Shown here piece after piece: positions 1 to 10,085 of a stretch of 64,000 nucleotides of DNA; the first letter of the stretch is position 1, and each line of letters opens with the position of its first letter. The stretch lies in NCBI GenBank assembly GCA_963833575.1, contig CAWHXY010000004.1:160001-224000 (forward strand), written 5' to 3'. Source of the DNA: Candidatus Bathyarchaeota archaeon (GTDB lineage: Archaea > Thermoproteota > Bathyarchaeia > Bathyarchaeales > Bathycorpusculaceae). A program made the translations under genes and the position numbers. The notes below the pieces were generated by a model. That model worked only from the letters and a program-made list of their open reading frames with translations. It was not told the DNA's origin and ran no database searches.

Positions 1-89
1 TTTGGATTTAGGAGCCGAGCGTAAACTTGAAGGTCTTGAACGATTTTATCAATGTAGTCAGCATTCTTTTCAATTTCATCCATGCTTTC
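1..89 (-). pseudogene. Probable HisKA (histidine kinase dimerization) fragment running off the window edge
   Basis: Manual translation ESMDEIEKNADYIDKIVQDLQVYARLLNP resembles the second HisKA helix. There is no room for the His-box or sensor part before the aminopeptidase stop at 112. Confidence 0.5.
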
Positions 90-111
90 GTATAAAAACT
101 TCAGCGCGTAC

Positions 112-1209
112 TTAAGCCAATATACCCTTTTTCATTATTACTTTTGATGTCCCATCAGCGTAGTAGCTTGTAATCGTTGGTTTGCTGACTAACATATCAA
201 CATGACATCTGATGTTACCTGGAGCGAGGTGACAGGTGCCTCTTATTTTTTCATCCTCCAGCATATTTCCCGTTATTCTTGACTTATCATTTAGGCCTAT
301 ACCAACTTCTTCTAAAACTGTTGGTAAGCCATATTTCGATTCAGAACCCAGTATATCTTTTCGAATGCTGTTGAGCGCTGAGTCATCGCATTGCAACTCG
401 GTTAAGACGCCATCTTTGAATTTAGCGGTTAAAGGTTTTTCAGGATCAATTTTACCTTCATAACCTCCTGCCGTAATGTCACAGACCAATATGCCGTTTG
501 CTATCTGTCTTAAAGGATAACTCTGGCTTTCGACTTCGCCAGTTTCTTTATTTAATGCTCTGACGATTTCGCCCTTCTGTGACCATACTTCGCCTATAGG
601 GAGGTTGCCAAACTTTCCAGGCTTGCCGTAAACATTCGGCGGCACAATAGTGCAGTCTGTGTCAAATTTAATTTCTCTGGGAACAAGCACTTCTATGTCA
701 GTTCCTCCGGGCGCAGTTATGTATATCTTCTCTATGTTCTGCAGTCTCTGTAACATTTTTTCCGATTCTTCAGCCATCTTTCTATAGTCACATTGGAGTG
801 GCCCATTGACAGCCATGTCCAAAGTTATGCCTGGTGAGTGAGCCCAGCTTATTGGTACTTCTTCGATGGTTTGATGCAGCAATTCTATTCTTGCTCCAAC
901 TTCTTCTAGGTTCCAGTCTGGATTTTGGCTGTAATCAAAAAGGCCAATTCCAGCCTTAGGAGTTTTTTGGTGAAGCAATGTTACGAGTTCTTTCGGAAAG
1001 TGTTTGTAAGATCTTTTTGCCGCCAAGTCAAAAGTACTAACGTTTAAGCCACAATTCTGTGCAGCCGTTTGCGCTGCTTTAGTAAGTACAGTAGAGTTAC
1101 GGTTAATGATAAGGTAATCCTCATGAGCTTTCACTTTTTGGCTATACAGCATGAACTCCCTAAGTTTGTTCGCAACCTTATCAAGATCATCTTTAGCTAT
1201 CTTTTGCAT
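112..1209 (-). CDS. M29-like aminopeptidase (aminopeptidase T family metallopeptidase)
   Basis: Motifs GTD, GNLPIGEV, EEVGIGLN, LEDEKIRGTCHLAPG, HVD. Confidence 0.8.
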   Translation of the reverse strand: MQKIAKDDLDKVANKLREFMLYSQKVKAHEDYLIINRNSTVLTKAAQTAAQNCGLNVSTFDLAAKRSYKHFPKELVTLLHQKTPKAGIGLFDYSQNPDWNLEEVGARIELLHQTIEEVPISWAHSPGITLDMAVNGPLQCDYRKMAEESEKMLQRLQNIEKIYITAPGGTDIEVLVPREIKFDTDCTIVPPNVYGKPGKFGNLPIGEVWSQKGEIVRALNKETGEVESQSYPLRQIANGILVCDITAGGYEGKIDPEKPLTAKFKDGVLTELQCDDSALNSIRKDILGSESKYGLPTVLEEVGIGLNDKSRITGNMLEDEKIRGTCHLAPGNIRCHVDMLVSKPTITSYYADGTSKVIMKKGILA

Positions 1210-1573
1210 TTTGTATATTCCTCATTCATGCTGTAAAGTAGATTGTGCGTTCTGCTTTTCAAATTTGCCCAAGCAAATTTATGAAACCTCACATTTTTCT
1301 CATCAAAAGCTTCTGAAAAAATTACCTTACCAAAGACAAAATAGTCGAACACATTGATCAAAAACCAGATAAAGAAACAATAGTACCTTCGAAACTGTTG
1401 ATCCCGGAAAAAGGCATAATCCTAGCAAACGAAGCTAGCAAAAAAAAGACGCGCTCAAAGTCTTAACTAATTTTGTGTTTAATCCTAAATTTTTAAGCAC
1501 TGCAAGAATTTCCTTTTAATCGGTTAAAAGCTTCTGAAATGTTGACTAATTAGGCTTAGCTTTAATCTGAGAT

Positions 1574-1774
1574 ATGCGTAAGAATTCCAATTGGAGCTTT
1601 AAATTATTGAAGAAAAAAGACAGCATAGACGTAAGCGAATGCGAAACATTCGCATCTTACGATGAGAAGTTGAGAGAGAAGTACGGTGACAACTGGTTAG
1701 GCAAGGGCAAGTGCACAGGACTTGAGTTTAAACGTTGGTTAGCTCTACGTGATAATAAAACAGAAATTCCGTGA
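1574..1774 (+). CDS. Small hypothetical protein
   Basis: 66-aa ATG ORF with plausible composition; no family recognised. Confidence 0.4.
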   Translation: MRKNSNWSFKLLKKKDSIDVSECETFASYDEKLREKYGDNWLGKGKCTGLEFKRWLALRDNKTEIP

Positions 1775-1890
1775 CTCATGCGCTAAAAATTATGTTAACC
1801 GCATGGCATTAACTATAATTATCATGGCAATTCTCAACATAATTCTTAATTACCTCATTGTCCAAAGTCTCTGGCTTGAAGGTAAACAAA

Positions 1891-2958
1891 ATGGTAAAGA
1901 TGGATTTCGGTGGCGTCAAAGAAGATGTCATCACTAGAGAAGAGTTCACTGTGGCGAAGGCCCAAAAAATCCTTAAAGACGAAGTTGTCGTCTCCCTTGG
2001 CTATGGCATTCAAGGCCAAGCTCAATCACTTAACATGCGAGACAACGGAGTAAAAGTAATAATTGGACAAGAAAAAGAAGGCGTCTTCAAAAAAGAATGG
2101 GACAAAGCAATAGCAGACGGCTGGAAACCAAGCGAAAACCTATTCCCCATGGAAGAAGCAGCCAAAAAAGGAACCATCAAAATGTTCCTCCTAACGGATG
2201 CAGCACAAAAATTGGTCTGGCCAAAAATCAAAGCAACTCTCAAAGCAGGCGACGCACTCTATTTCAGCCACGGTTTTAGCATCGTTTACAAAGAACAAAC
2301 AGGCGTTATCCCGCCCATAGATATTGATGTAATCCTTGTCGCGCCGAAAGGCTCAGGCACATCTGTGCGTAGAAACTTTGTTGACGGCAGCGGCATAAAC
2401 TGTAGCTTCGCTGTTCACCAAGATGCAACTGGCAAAGCAATGGATCGGGCAAAAGCATTGGGAATCGCCATCGGCGGAGGGTATCTGTTTCCTACTACTT
2501 TTGAAAAAGAAGTTTACAGCGACCTTACAGGCGAACGTGGCACATTAATGGGAGCACTCGCAGGCATACTTGAAGCCCAATACAACACTCTTCGCGCGCA
2601 TGGTCACAGCCCAAGTGAAGCCTTCAACGAATCCGTCGAGGAACTCACACAGAGCCTCATACGCTTAGTTGACGAAAACGGCATGGACTGGATGTACTGC
2701 AACTGCAGCGAAACCGCACGCATAGGCGCCCTACGATGGAGACCCCGATTCCGCGAAGCCACACAACCCGTATTCGATTCACTTTACGAACTCGTCGCAG
2801 CAGGAGAAGAAACACGCATCGTATTGGAAAAGAGTAAAGCACCCGACTACCGACAAAAACTTGCTGATGAACTAAAAGAAATGGGCAACAGCGAAATGTG
2901 GCGTGCAGGCCAAACCGTACGCTCACTACGTCCCGGCAAACAGAAAAAGAAAGAGTAA
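1891..2958 (+). CDS. ilvC: Ketol-acid reductoisomerase
   Basis: GYGIQGQAQSLNMRD NAD(P)H-binding motif, FSHGFS, VAPKG, EVYSDLTGER, EAFNE. ATG at 1891 preferred over TTG at 1858. Confidence 0.95.
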   Translation: MVKMDFGGVKEDVITREEFTVAKAQKILKDEVVVSLGYGIQGQAQSLNMRDNGVKVIIGQEKEGVFKKEWDKAIADGWKPSENLFPMEEAAKKGTIKMFLLTDAAQKLVWPKIKATLKAGDALYFSHGFSIVYKEQTGVIPPIDIDVILVAPKGSGTSVRRNFVDGSGINCSFAVHQDATGKAMDRAKALGIAIGGGYLFPTTFEKEVYSDLTGERGTLMGALAGILEAQYNTLRAHGHSPSEAFNESVEELTQSLIRLVDENGMDWMYCNCSETARIGALRWRPRFREATQPVFDSLYELVAAGEETRIVLEKSKAPDYRQKLADELKEMGNSEMWRAGQTVRSLRPGKQKKKE

Positions 2959-3022
2959 TTTTCTAACTCTTTTCTTTAATTTTTTGTTCGCGAAAAAACA
3001 GCGAGCTAACTTCTTTTTTCAA

Positions 3023-3916
3023 TTAATTTTTTGTTGAATCAGTTTTTGATGAGTTATGCGACTGTGCAGATTTTCTTTGCAGGAATGTGATCACTGTATC
3101 TATGAGGGCTTCACAGGCAAACCATCTTTCTTCTAAGGAACCATCTGTCTCCAAGTTCTGGGATATCTTGTGGAACTTTTTTAGTTGATCCAACACTGGC
3201 TCTCGTCTTGTTTCGTATTCCTCGCGGAGTTTCTTTTGTTGGGCATTAAAATTCAGTTCAGCAAGTTCAAGTTCCCTTTGTTTATCGTTTAATTTCTGTG
3301 CTATCTCTATTTCCTTCTGTTCCCTGTCCTTTCTGGAAATGCCACGGAAAAATCCCGTTTTCATCCGAATAACCTTATCCTGCTCTCTTTTAGCCTGGTC
3401 TATGGAGATATACAGACGCTTAATTTCTCGGTTTTTCCGTTTTTTAAGCTCTGCCATCGTGGTTACATATTCAGTGTCAATTTGTTTCAGGCGGCTTTTG
3501 TAGTAGGTTAGGTTTGTTATTTCCTGATCCTGTGAGGCTTCTTTTTTGCGTCTCTCTTCAAGCTGTGATTTAATTACGACGAGTGTTTGTGCGCGGTCCT
3601 TCACGTATTGATCATCTGCGTTTATGTTGGGGTGAGACTCAAATTCGCTTAGAACAATCGCAACATCAGTTAGCCAACGATCAAAATGGATGCTGAATGG
3701 GGAAGAACCAAACTTCTGGCTGCCTAAAGTATGTAGTCGTTTAATTGTTCCTTCTGAAACCTCTCTTTCAGTAGCAGTCTGCTTCTCTTCCTGTATTGGT
3801 CTGCCAACACGACTATGGCCGCGTTTTCTATCCTTGCGTTTTTCGCGAAGAGGCTTTTTGTACTCGTGAATGGCGCCTTTAGGCGATTTTATCCGAGTCG
3901 GATATCCCATGACCAA
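3023..3916 (-). CDS. Hypothetical coiled-coil protein
   Basis: 297-aa E/K/R/Q-rich heptad-like ORF. Confidence 0.7.
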   Translation of the reverse strand: MVMGYPTRIKSPKGAIHEYKKPLREKRKDRKRGHSRVGRPIQEEKQTATEREVSEGTIKRLHTLGSQKFGSSPFSIHFDRWLTDVAIVLSEFESHPNINADDQYVKDRAQTLVVIKSQLEERRKKEASQDQEITNLTYYKSRLKQIDTEYVTTMAELKKRKNREIKRLYISIDQAKREQDKVIRMKTGFFRGISRKDREQKEIEIAQKLNDKQRELELAELNFNAQQKKLREEYETRREPVLDQLKKFHKISQNLETDGSLEERWFACEALIDTVITFLQRKSAQSHNSSKTDSTKN

Positions 3917-4030
3917 AACGTATCATTCTTCAAGTATTTAGTTTATGCTCAAAATGTCGTTTAACCAATCTTCATTCTCACAAAAAATCAGCGATACAGC
4001 AAAAATAAATTTATAACCTATAAGCAACCA

Positions 4031-4516
4031 ATGTCTTTCATGAATAAAAAAGAGAGCTCAATAGTTATCCAGCAAGTTGATGAAGAAATATTTGATGATT
4101 TTTTAGGCTTAATTGACAAGCTTGCAGAATATGAAAAGCTGGCTCCACCCAACGAAGAAGCAAGAAGAAGACTACGAATAGACTGTCTATCTGATAAACC
4201 CAAATATCAAGCATTCATTGGGAAAATAGGAAACAAAAGCATATCATACGCAATTTATTTCTTCACTTATTCGAGTTTTCTTGCCTTGCCAACATTGTAT
4301 CTTGAAGATATTTTTGTTCTTGAAGATTATAGAAGGCAAGGGGTTGGCCAGAGAATGTTCGACTACTTAAAAGCAATAGCAAAGCTCGAAGGATGTGGCA
4401 GAATAGAATTTACTGTTTTGAAATGGAACAAGTCCGCGCAAGAGTTTTATGAAAAAAACAAAGCCAAACGACTAGAATGGTTCTTGTATCGGTTAGTCAA
4501 GGAAGATTTTGGCTAA
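4031..4516 (+). CDS. GNAT N-acetyltransferase (spermidine/spermine acetyltransferase-like)
   Basis: LAEYEKL, LYLEDIFV, RRQGVG acetyl-CoA motif, VLKWN. Confidence 0.9.
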   Translation: MSFMNKKESSIVIQQVDEEIFDDFLGLIDKLAEYEKLAPPNEEARRRLRIDCLSDKPKYQAFIGKIGNKSISYAIYFFTYSSFLALPTLYLEDIFVLEDYRRQGVGQRMFDYLKAIAKLEGCGRIEFTVLKWNKSAQEFYEKNKAKRLEWFLYRLVKEDFG

Positions 4517-4561
4517 CATATTCTCAAAAAGCAAATGTTATATTTGACGTGTATGGGGGTG

Positions 4562-4789
4562 TCAAGATTCTTTTTGGTCTGGTACAACTTTGACTGTAAC
4601 GTTTGGCCCTTTTATTCCAGTTAGTGGTGGCAGAATATGAGAAATAAATTGTTCTGCGGTACATGGGCGAACTATTCCGTTGCTGTTGTATTCTTTCCAG
4701 CAGTCTTTTTCTTTTCTAAACTTCTGTAGCCATCTATCGTGGAACATTATGTAGATTGTGCATTCGGAATTTTTCATGATAATTTTCAT
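4562..4789 (-). CDS. Small hypothetical protein
   Basis: ATG ORF containing CTAEQFISHILPPL; start uncertain. Confidence 0.5.
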   Translation of the reverse strand: MKIIMKNSECTIYIMFHDRWLQKFRKEKDCWKEYNSNGIVRPCTAEQFISHILPPLTGIKGPNVTVKVVPDQKES

Positions 4790-4942
4790 GCAGGCGTAAT
4801 TATTAAAATCTGATGCCAAAAAAGGGTTAAAAAAGGAAGCATAGTCTCATCTTTCATAACTGGTAAACATCAGGAGAGATTACAAGAAATGACTTTTGGT
4901 TAAAAAAGAAAAAAGAGAGTAAATATGCCTTTGGCCGAGATT

Positions 4943-5005
4943 TTACTTTTTCTTTGCTGGGGCTTTCTTAACTTCTTTCTTAGCTGGTTTCTTCGCCACT
5001 GTCAT
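4943..5005 (-). CDS. Putative 20-aa Lys/Ala/Pro-rich micro-protein MTVAKKPAKKEVKKAPAKKK
   Basis: Manual translation ATG(5005)..TAA(4943). GAGGG just upstream, TATA-like TTATATA ~35-40 nt upstream; divergent from the histone gene. Confidence 0.6.
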   Translation of the reverse strand: MTVAKKPAKKEVKKAPAKKK

Positions 5006-5127
5006 GACCCTCGGGATTTCATATATGTAAGTACTTTGTATATATAATTTACTTAAATTACAGAGGAAAAAGATAACAAAGCTTAATATTGCCTTAAAAA
5101 ATTAAAGAGGCTGTAGAGGAAGACGAT

Positions 5128-5349
5128 ATGAAGGAAATAGAAATACCGGTGGCTCCAATGCACAGATTGTGTAAGAAAGCTGGAGCAGAAAGAGTAAGTG
5201 AAGCAGCAGCTCATGAGCTTGCAAAAGTTCTCGACGAAATTGGCACCAAGATTGCAAAAGAAGCATTTGACTATGCGATGTATGCTGGAAGAAAAACTAT
5301 TAAAACAAAAGACATAGAAATCGCGACTAGAAAAATCATAAAAAAATAG
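5128..5349 (+). CDS. Archaeal histone (HMf/HTk family)
   Basis: IPVAPMHRLCKKAGAERVS...AGRKTIKTKDI histone-fold signature. Confidence 0.95.
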   Translation: MKEIEIPVAPMHRLCKKAGAERVSEAAAHELAKVLDEIGTKIAKEAFDYAMYAGRKTIKTKDIEIATRKIIKK

Positions 5350-5503
5350 CAATCTAGGACATAAGCACATAATGCTTTTCAATTTATTTTTCATTGATTC
5401 CGGAAAAAACTGAAGCCAAAACGAATGACTTGATAAACAAGTAATAAGTTGCGGAAGACTTAAGGACTCATTTCTGTTTACACAAAATAAGGCAGGGTTT
5501 TGC

Positions 5504-5743
5504 ATGGTTCATAGAAGAGTGCGAGGCGGACACTACAAGATTAAACACGTTGACAAGCCATGCCCCGTCGAGTTGGGAAACGAATTATTAGTGAACATCA
5601 CTGACATATGTCCAAATGGCGATGGAATGACAAAAATTCAGGGCTATATAATAATGGTGCCAAAAGCCAAGCCAAGAGATTGCGTAAAAATTAAAGTGAT
5701 ACAAGTCGGCGAAAAAGCTGCAATTGGCGAAATAATCATATAA
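5504..5743 (+). CDS. Single TRAM-domain RNA-binding protein
   Basis: PCPVELG..VNITD...GDGMTKIQGYIIMVP.AKP.D.VKIKV. Confidence 0.85.
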   Translation: MVHRRVRGGHYKIKHVDKPCPVELGNELLVNITDICPNGDGMTKIQGYIIMVPKAKPRDCVKIKVIQVGEKAAIGEIII

Positions 5744-5902
5744 TTCTTTCTAGCTTGTCAGACATTAAAATTCAATTTTGACGAAAACTTTGATCGAATA
5801 CGAAAAGTAGTTGCGCTTTGTTACTTCCACGCCCAGGCGAGATAGGACTAAGTTTTATTTATTTAAAAAAATAAAAGACAGCATGATGGAGAAGTATAGG
5901 TT

Positions 5903-6250
5903 ATGATTTACAAAAAAGAAAATGCGGTTAACATTGAGAAAAATGGCGTAAGAATGAGGATATACAACGGAAGGGAACAGTGTCCTCAAGCTGCAGTAGC
6001 TTATCAGGAAACCGAAACTGGCCATTGCGAGGAATTTCTGCATAAAAAAAGCTTCTTTATCTTCTACATCATTGAGGGCAAGGGAACGTGGTTTATTGAG
6101 GATAAACAGTATGATGTTGAGGAAGGAGACTCAATTATTATTCCGCCTAATACAAGGTTTTATTATAAAGGGAACTTGAAGCAGGTGTGTGTGACTTCGC
6201 CTGCATGGGAACCAGAACACGAGCAACATACAAGAGACATGCGCTTCTAA
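5903..6250 (+). CDS. Cupin-domain protein
   Basis: FYIIEGKG...EGDSIIIPPNT cupin motifs. Confidence 0.85.
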   Translation: MIYKKENAVNIEKNGVRMRIYNGREQCPQAAVAYQETETGHCEEFLHKKSFFIFYIIEGKGTWFIEDKQYDVEEGDSIIIPPNTRFYYKGNLKQVCVTSPAWEPEHEQHTRDMRF

Positions 6251-6372
6251 CACAAATCAAGACCATCTATGAGCGCCGATAAATGCCGGTTCACATAGGC
6301 GAGTCCTTGTTTAGACCACTTAGTCTTTTATATATCCAAAAAATAGTGGCTAGCTAAAACAAGCCAAAGAAG

Positions 6373-7728
6373 GTGTCATTATCGAATTACATTACGGTTG
6401 CTGCTGTGGCTATCTTTGCAGTGACGCTTTTCTTGATGATTAGGCGTCCGCGGGGTTTGCGGCTGGGTTATGCGGCTGGAATCGGCGCAGCAGCTTCGCT
6501 TTTACTTGGGACGGTTAGTTTGGGGCAGGCTGTGCAGTCTTTTTTGAATATTTGGGATGCAGCACTTGCGTTTCTTGGAATCGTGGCGTTGTCGGTTACG
6601 TTAGATGCTATGGGCTTTTTTAAATGGGCTGCATTGCGTGTGGTGAAGTTGGCTGGAGGCAGCGGTTTACAGCTTTACTTCTACATCGCCTTGTTAACGG
6701 CGGCGGTGAGTATTCTTTTTGCAAATGACAGCGCAGTTTTAATCTTAACCCCGATTGTTTTGGAAGTTGTCACTTGCTTAGGCATAGGTGGAAAAAGCAG
6801 GCTTGCCTACCTTTTCACTGCAGGCTTAATCGCAGATACTGCAGCAATGCCGCTAATAACAAGCAACCCCATCAACATCTTAAGCGCCGACTTTTTCAAA
6901 TACAGCTTCATCGACCACTTGATCTTTATGGGTCCAGTCGCCGTTGTAGTTCTCTTAAGCAGCTTATTGTTGATTTATCTCTTTTTCCGAAAACAAATAC
7001 CCAAAACCTACGACACCAAAGCTGCAGAGGCTTTAACCAAAGGCAAACCAGCAATTTCCCCCAGTTTATTGAAAATAATTGTAGCAACGCTCATGGCGAT
7101 CGATGTAGGATACATTTTAACTTCCTTGAATAGATTCCCAGTTTCAATTATAATATGCAGTGGCGAAGCGTTTCTAGTGGTGGTTTACTGGTTTACGTTG
7201 AAGCATAATGGTTCCGTTAACGGTCAGAAGAAAGGACTGATGGGTTTGGCAAGAGAAATCAATTGGGATATCATATTGTTCATGCTTAGCATCTTCTTGG
7301 TGGTTCAAGGGTTAGAAACTGCAGGCGTCACAAACCTATTAGCATCCGCGCTCGTAGCAACAAGCAAATTTCCATCTTTGCTAGGAGTTTTTGCACCAAG
7401 CATGGTTGTGACGGTTGGAGCAAGTTTCATGAATAATTGGCCAATGACGATTCTGGGTTTGCTAAGCATCAAGCAAGCGGCAGTTGCGGGAACAACATTA
7501 ACAAAATTGATTTTCAGCAACATAATAGGAAACAATTTGGGACCTCACTTTTTCCCGCTTGGGTCATTGGCGATTTTGATGTGGATGGAAATGATGAGGC
7601 GCAAAGGCGTCAACCTTAGCCTAAAAGAATACCTCAAAGTGGGCGCAGTACTTTCTATCGCACAAGTTGCCATCGCATCCTCTGTATTGTGGATCGAATT
7701 AAGCACGGGCTTTCACCTATTACTATGA
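6373..7728 (+). CDS. arsB: ArsB/NhaD-family membrane transporter (arsenite efflux-like)
   Basis: Multi-TM; FANDSAVLILTPIV, ADTAAMPLITSNPINI, MNNWP, IGNNLGP.. PLGSLA.LMW. Confidence 0.8.
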   Translation: MSLSNYITVAAVAIFAVTLFLMIRRPRGLRLGYAAGIGAAASLLLGTVSLGQAVQSFLNIWDAALAFLGIVALSVTLDAMGFFKWAALRVVKLAGGSGLQLYFYIALLTAAVSILFANDSAVLILTPIVLEVVTCLGIGGKSRLAYLFTAGLIADTAAMPLITSNPINILSADFFKYSFIDHLIFMGPVAVVVLLSSLLLIYLFFRKQIPKTYDTKAAEALTKGKPAISPSLLKIIVATLMAIDVGYILTSLNRFPVSIIICSGEAFLVVVYWFTLKHNGSVNGQKKGLMGLAREINWDIILFMLSIFLVVQGLETAGVTNLLASALVATSKFPSLLGVFAPSMVVTVGASFMNNWPMTILGLLSIKQAAVAGTTLTKLIFSNIIGNNLGPHFFPLGSLAILMWMEMMRRKGVNLSLKEYLKVGAVLSIAQVAIASSVLWIELSTGFHLLL

Positions 7729-7751
7729 CGACGACAGATTTCTTCTCATGC

Positions 7752-7952
7752 TTATTTTTGAAAGGCCTTTAGAATTTTTCTTTTGTCTAAGTAGCTAACG
7801 AGAATCACTGCTAAGAATACAAGTAAAATTGCAGCCAGGATAGTCGAGAAAACCGCGAGGAATATATCGATATATATTCTTAAAAATACGTACCCGTAAA
7901 AATTACTTGCTGAACCAAAAACAAAAAAAGATTCTAAAGCCAACAGTCCCAT
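7752..7952 (-). CDS. Small membrane protein
   Basis: Two hydrophobic segments and a basic C-terminus. Confidence 0.45.
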   Translation of the reverse strand: MGLLALESFFVFGSASNFYGYVFLRIYIDIFLAVFSTILAAILLVFLAVILVSYLDKRKILKAFQK

Positions 7953-8386
7953 AACTGCTAAGCGATCTTTCGTCTTTTGATTCAGCGGCTTTATCTTAAT
8001 TCGCTCCTTGGATAATTTGTTTTACATTAGGTTGATATTCTTTTTTACAATTTGAAAGAGATATCTTTTGAGGCTCAAATCTTTCGATTGAGAGCATATT
8101 TTAGCACCCAAAGTTTAGCATTATATAGGAAACTGGAGTTTTAAAATTTTGTCTCCCAAAGAAGATGGAAGTCAGGTGCAGTGTGAATGTCACTTCACAG
8201 TCACACACAACTTTAAGACTTTTCTGCAATTCAATCATTATTGAAGGCAACAAATAATATGAAAGATACATTGACTTCTTGGGCAAAGAAAGTGTTCTTG
8301 AGTTTAACAAGGAAGCTGTTTTGGTATCTTAAGTGGATGTAAAAAGCTTACTTTGATGAACTAAGCAGGTTTGATCACTATATTTC

Positions 8387-9436
8387 TTAAGTAACTGTTA
8401 ATTTACTGATTATTTGCCTGTATACACCGAGGGCTTCTTGTTCGCTGGCGACGTTTTTTATTAGCATGCGTCCACCGTTAAACAGGCTGACCTCGTAGCT
8501 CTTGTAATTGAACATGAGTGCCAAACGTGATTTCAAACGTATTTTGAATTGCTTGTTTAGGTTAGGGTATATTTCGTCCAGGTTCAGTTGCAACGGTTTT
8601 TCTGGGTTAATGTTTGCTGTGTCTCGTCCGCATAGCCAAACGAGGCTTTCTCCGCCCGAAATGCCCGATAAGTCGCCGTGGCAGACGGGGCACCGGGAGC
8701 TTTTGGATATGTCTATGATTGTGAAGTCCATGTCGCTAAAGTCACAGATCAGCAGTTTGCCCTTCAAAGTGTGCCCCACTCCAGCTAAAAGTTTTATGGT
8801 TTCCATAGCCTGCAATGAACCGATAATTCCTGGAGTAGCCCCGACTACGCCGCGGGTAGCGCATGTTAGCAAGTCGTTGTCGGAAAGGTTAGGCATCAAA
8901 CATTCCAAACATCCAGTTTCAGGAGGCAAAAAAACGGAGAGGTTACCTTCTATCCCGATGGCTGCGCCAAACACGTAGGGGATTTTTAGTTTTACGCAGA
9001 TACGGTTAACGAGGTAGCGAGTCACCATATTATCTAAACCGTCAACAACACAGTCTACGCCGCTCAAAAGTCGCTCGACGTTGCCCGCGTTCACATTTTC
9101 GGTGAATGCTTCGGTTTGTATAAGCGGATTAAGTTCTTGCAGACGTTTTGCGGCGATTTCTGCTTTAGGATAATGCAAATCAGCGCTGGTATAAATGATT
9201 TGGCGGTGAAGATTCTGCACTTCAACGGTGTCCTGGTCAATTAAGCGAATGTAACCAACACCTGCTAAAGCAAGATAAAGCGAAGAAACCGCACCCAAAC
9301 CACCAGTCCCGACAACCGCCACTCTGGATTTAACCAAGCGCAGTTGCCCTTTTTCGCCTAGTTCTTTCATTGTGATTTGGCGACTGTAGAATTCTTTGGC
9401 GAACGCTTTCTTTTCTGCCGCATCCAAACTGATCAT
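8387..9436 (-). CDS. ThiF/MoeB-family adenylyltransferase (E1-like)
   Basis: YSRQI, VVGTGGLG, DQDTVE..NLHRQ, CxxC Zn pairs (CLEC, CPVC), TCATRGV, C-terminal LCGRD extension. Confidence 0.9.
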   Translation of the reverse strand: MISLDAAEKKAFAKEFYSRQITMKELGEKGQLRLVKSRVAVVGTGGLGAVSSLYLALAGVGYIRLIDQDTVEVQNLHRQIIYTSADLHYPKAEIAAKRLQELNPLIQTEAFTENVNAGNVERLLSGVDCVVDGLDNMVTRYLVNRICVKLKIPYVFGAAIGIEGNLSVFLPPETGCLECLMPNLSDNDLLTCATRGVVGATPGIIGSLQAMETIKLLAGVGHTLKGKLLICDFSDMDFTIIDISKSSRCPVCHGDLSGISGGESLVWLCGRDTANINPEKPLQLNLDEIYPNLNKQFKIRLKSRLALMFNYKSYEVSLFNGGRMLIKNVASEQEALGVYRQIISKLTVT

Positions 9437-10085
9437 TCTCCAGTGTTGTGTTGATAATCAGTATTATATTTGCTTTTTACCCCATCATTGGCTTATGAAA
9501 ATGGTTTTTTGCTATTTTCTGCAAAACGAGTAAAGACTGTTTCTGTGGCGTTATGGATCGCTGGGTATTCCCTTTTGTTCTTGAAATCTTTTTTTTTAAA
9601 TCATATAATACTGCGATGACCAGAATTGGAGGGCTATCATCCAAAAATCCGCTAAAGGCAAGAAATCACGGTAAATCGGTACCCAAACTGAAACCAAATC
9701 ATAAATAACAAAGCAACTTACTAACCAAAATTATGGCGGTTCCTACTAACAATGCGTCAAGTTTTTTCACTAGATGGTGACGATCAACAGTGCTTTCTTC
9801 GTAAACGCGGTCTTATTAAAATCCATAACCGATTCAGTTTCTCCGAAATTCAACATTGGAAGTGACCACTTAGTTTTCTTTCCAGAAAATAAATGTTTTT
9901 TCTTTTTACACACATTTCATGAGAGGTTTTGCAGGGAGTGGAACGATGTGCGTTGAAAACGATTATTTGTCCATTGTCGTATTGTATAACCAAGCAACCA
10001 AGCGCTGAGAATTTTTAGATACTTTTAATTAATGGATTGAAGATAACAGTTTCCGTTCAATAAAGTTTTAGGAAAGGAGAAAAAA

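Noticed and set aside
8040-8380. Possible gene in the intergenic region before moeB (also 9500-10050)
   Set aside because: Only short, motif-less frames; possibly decayed genes but not supportable.
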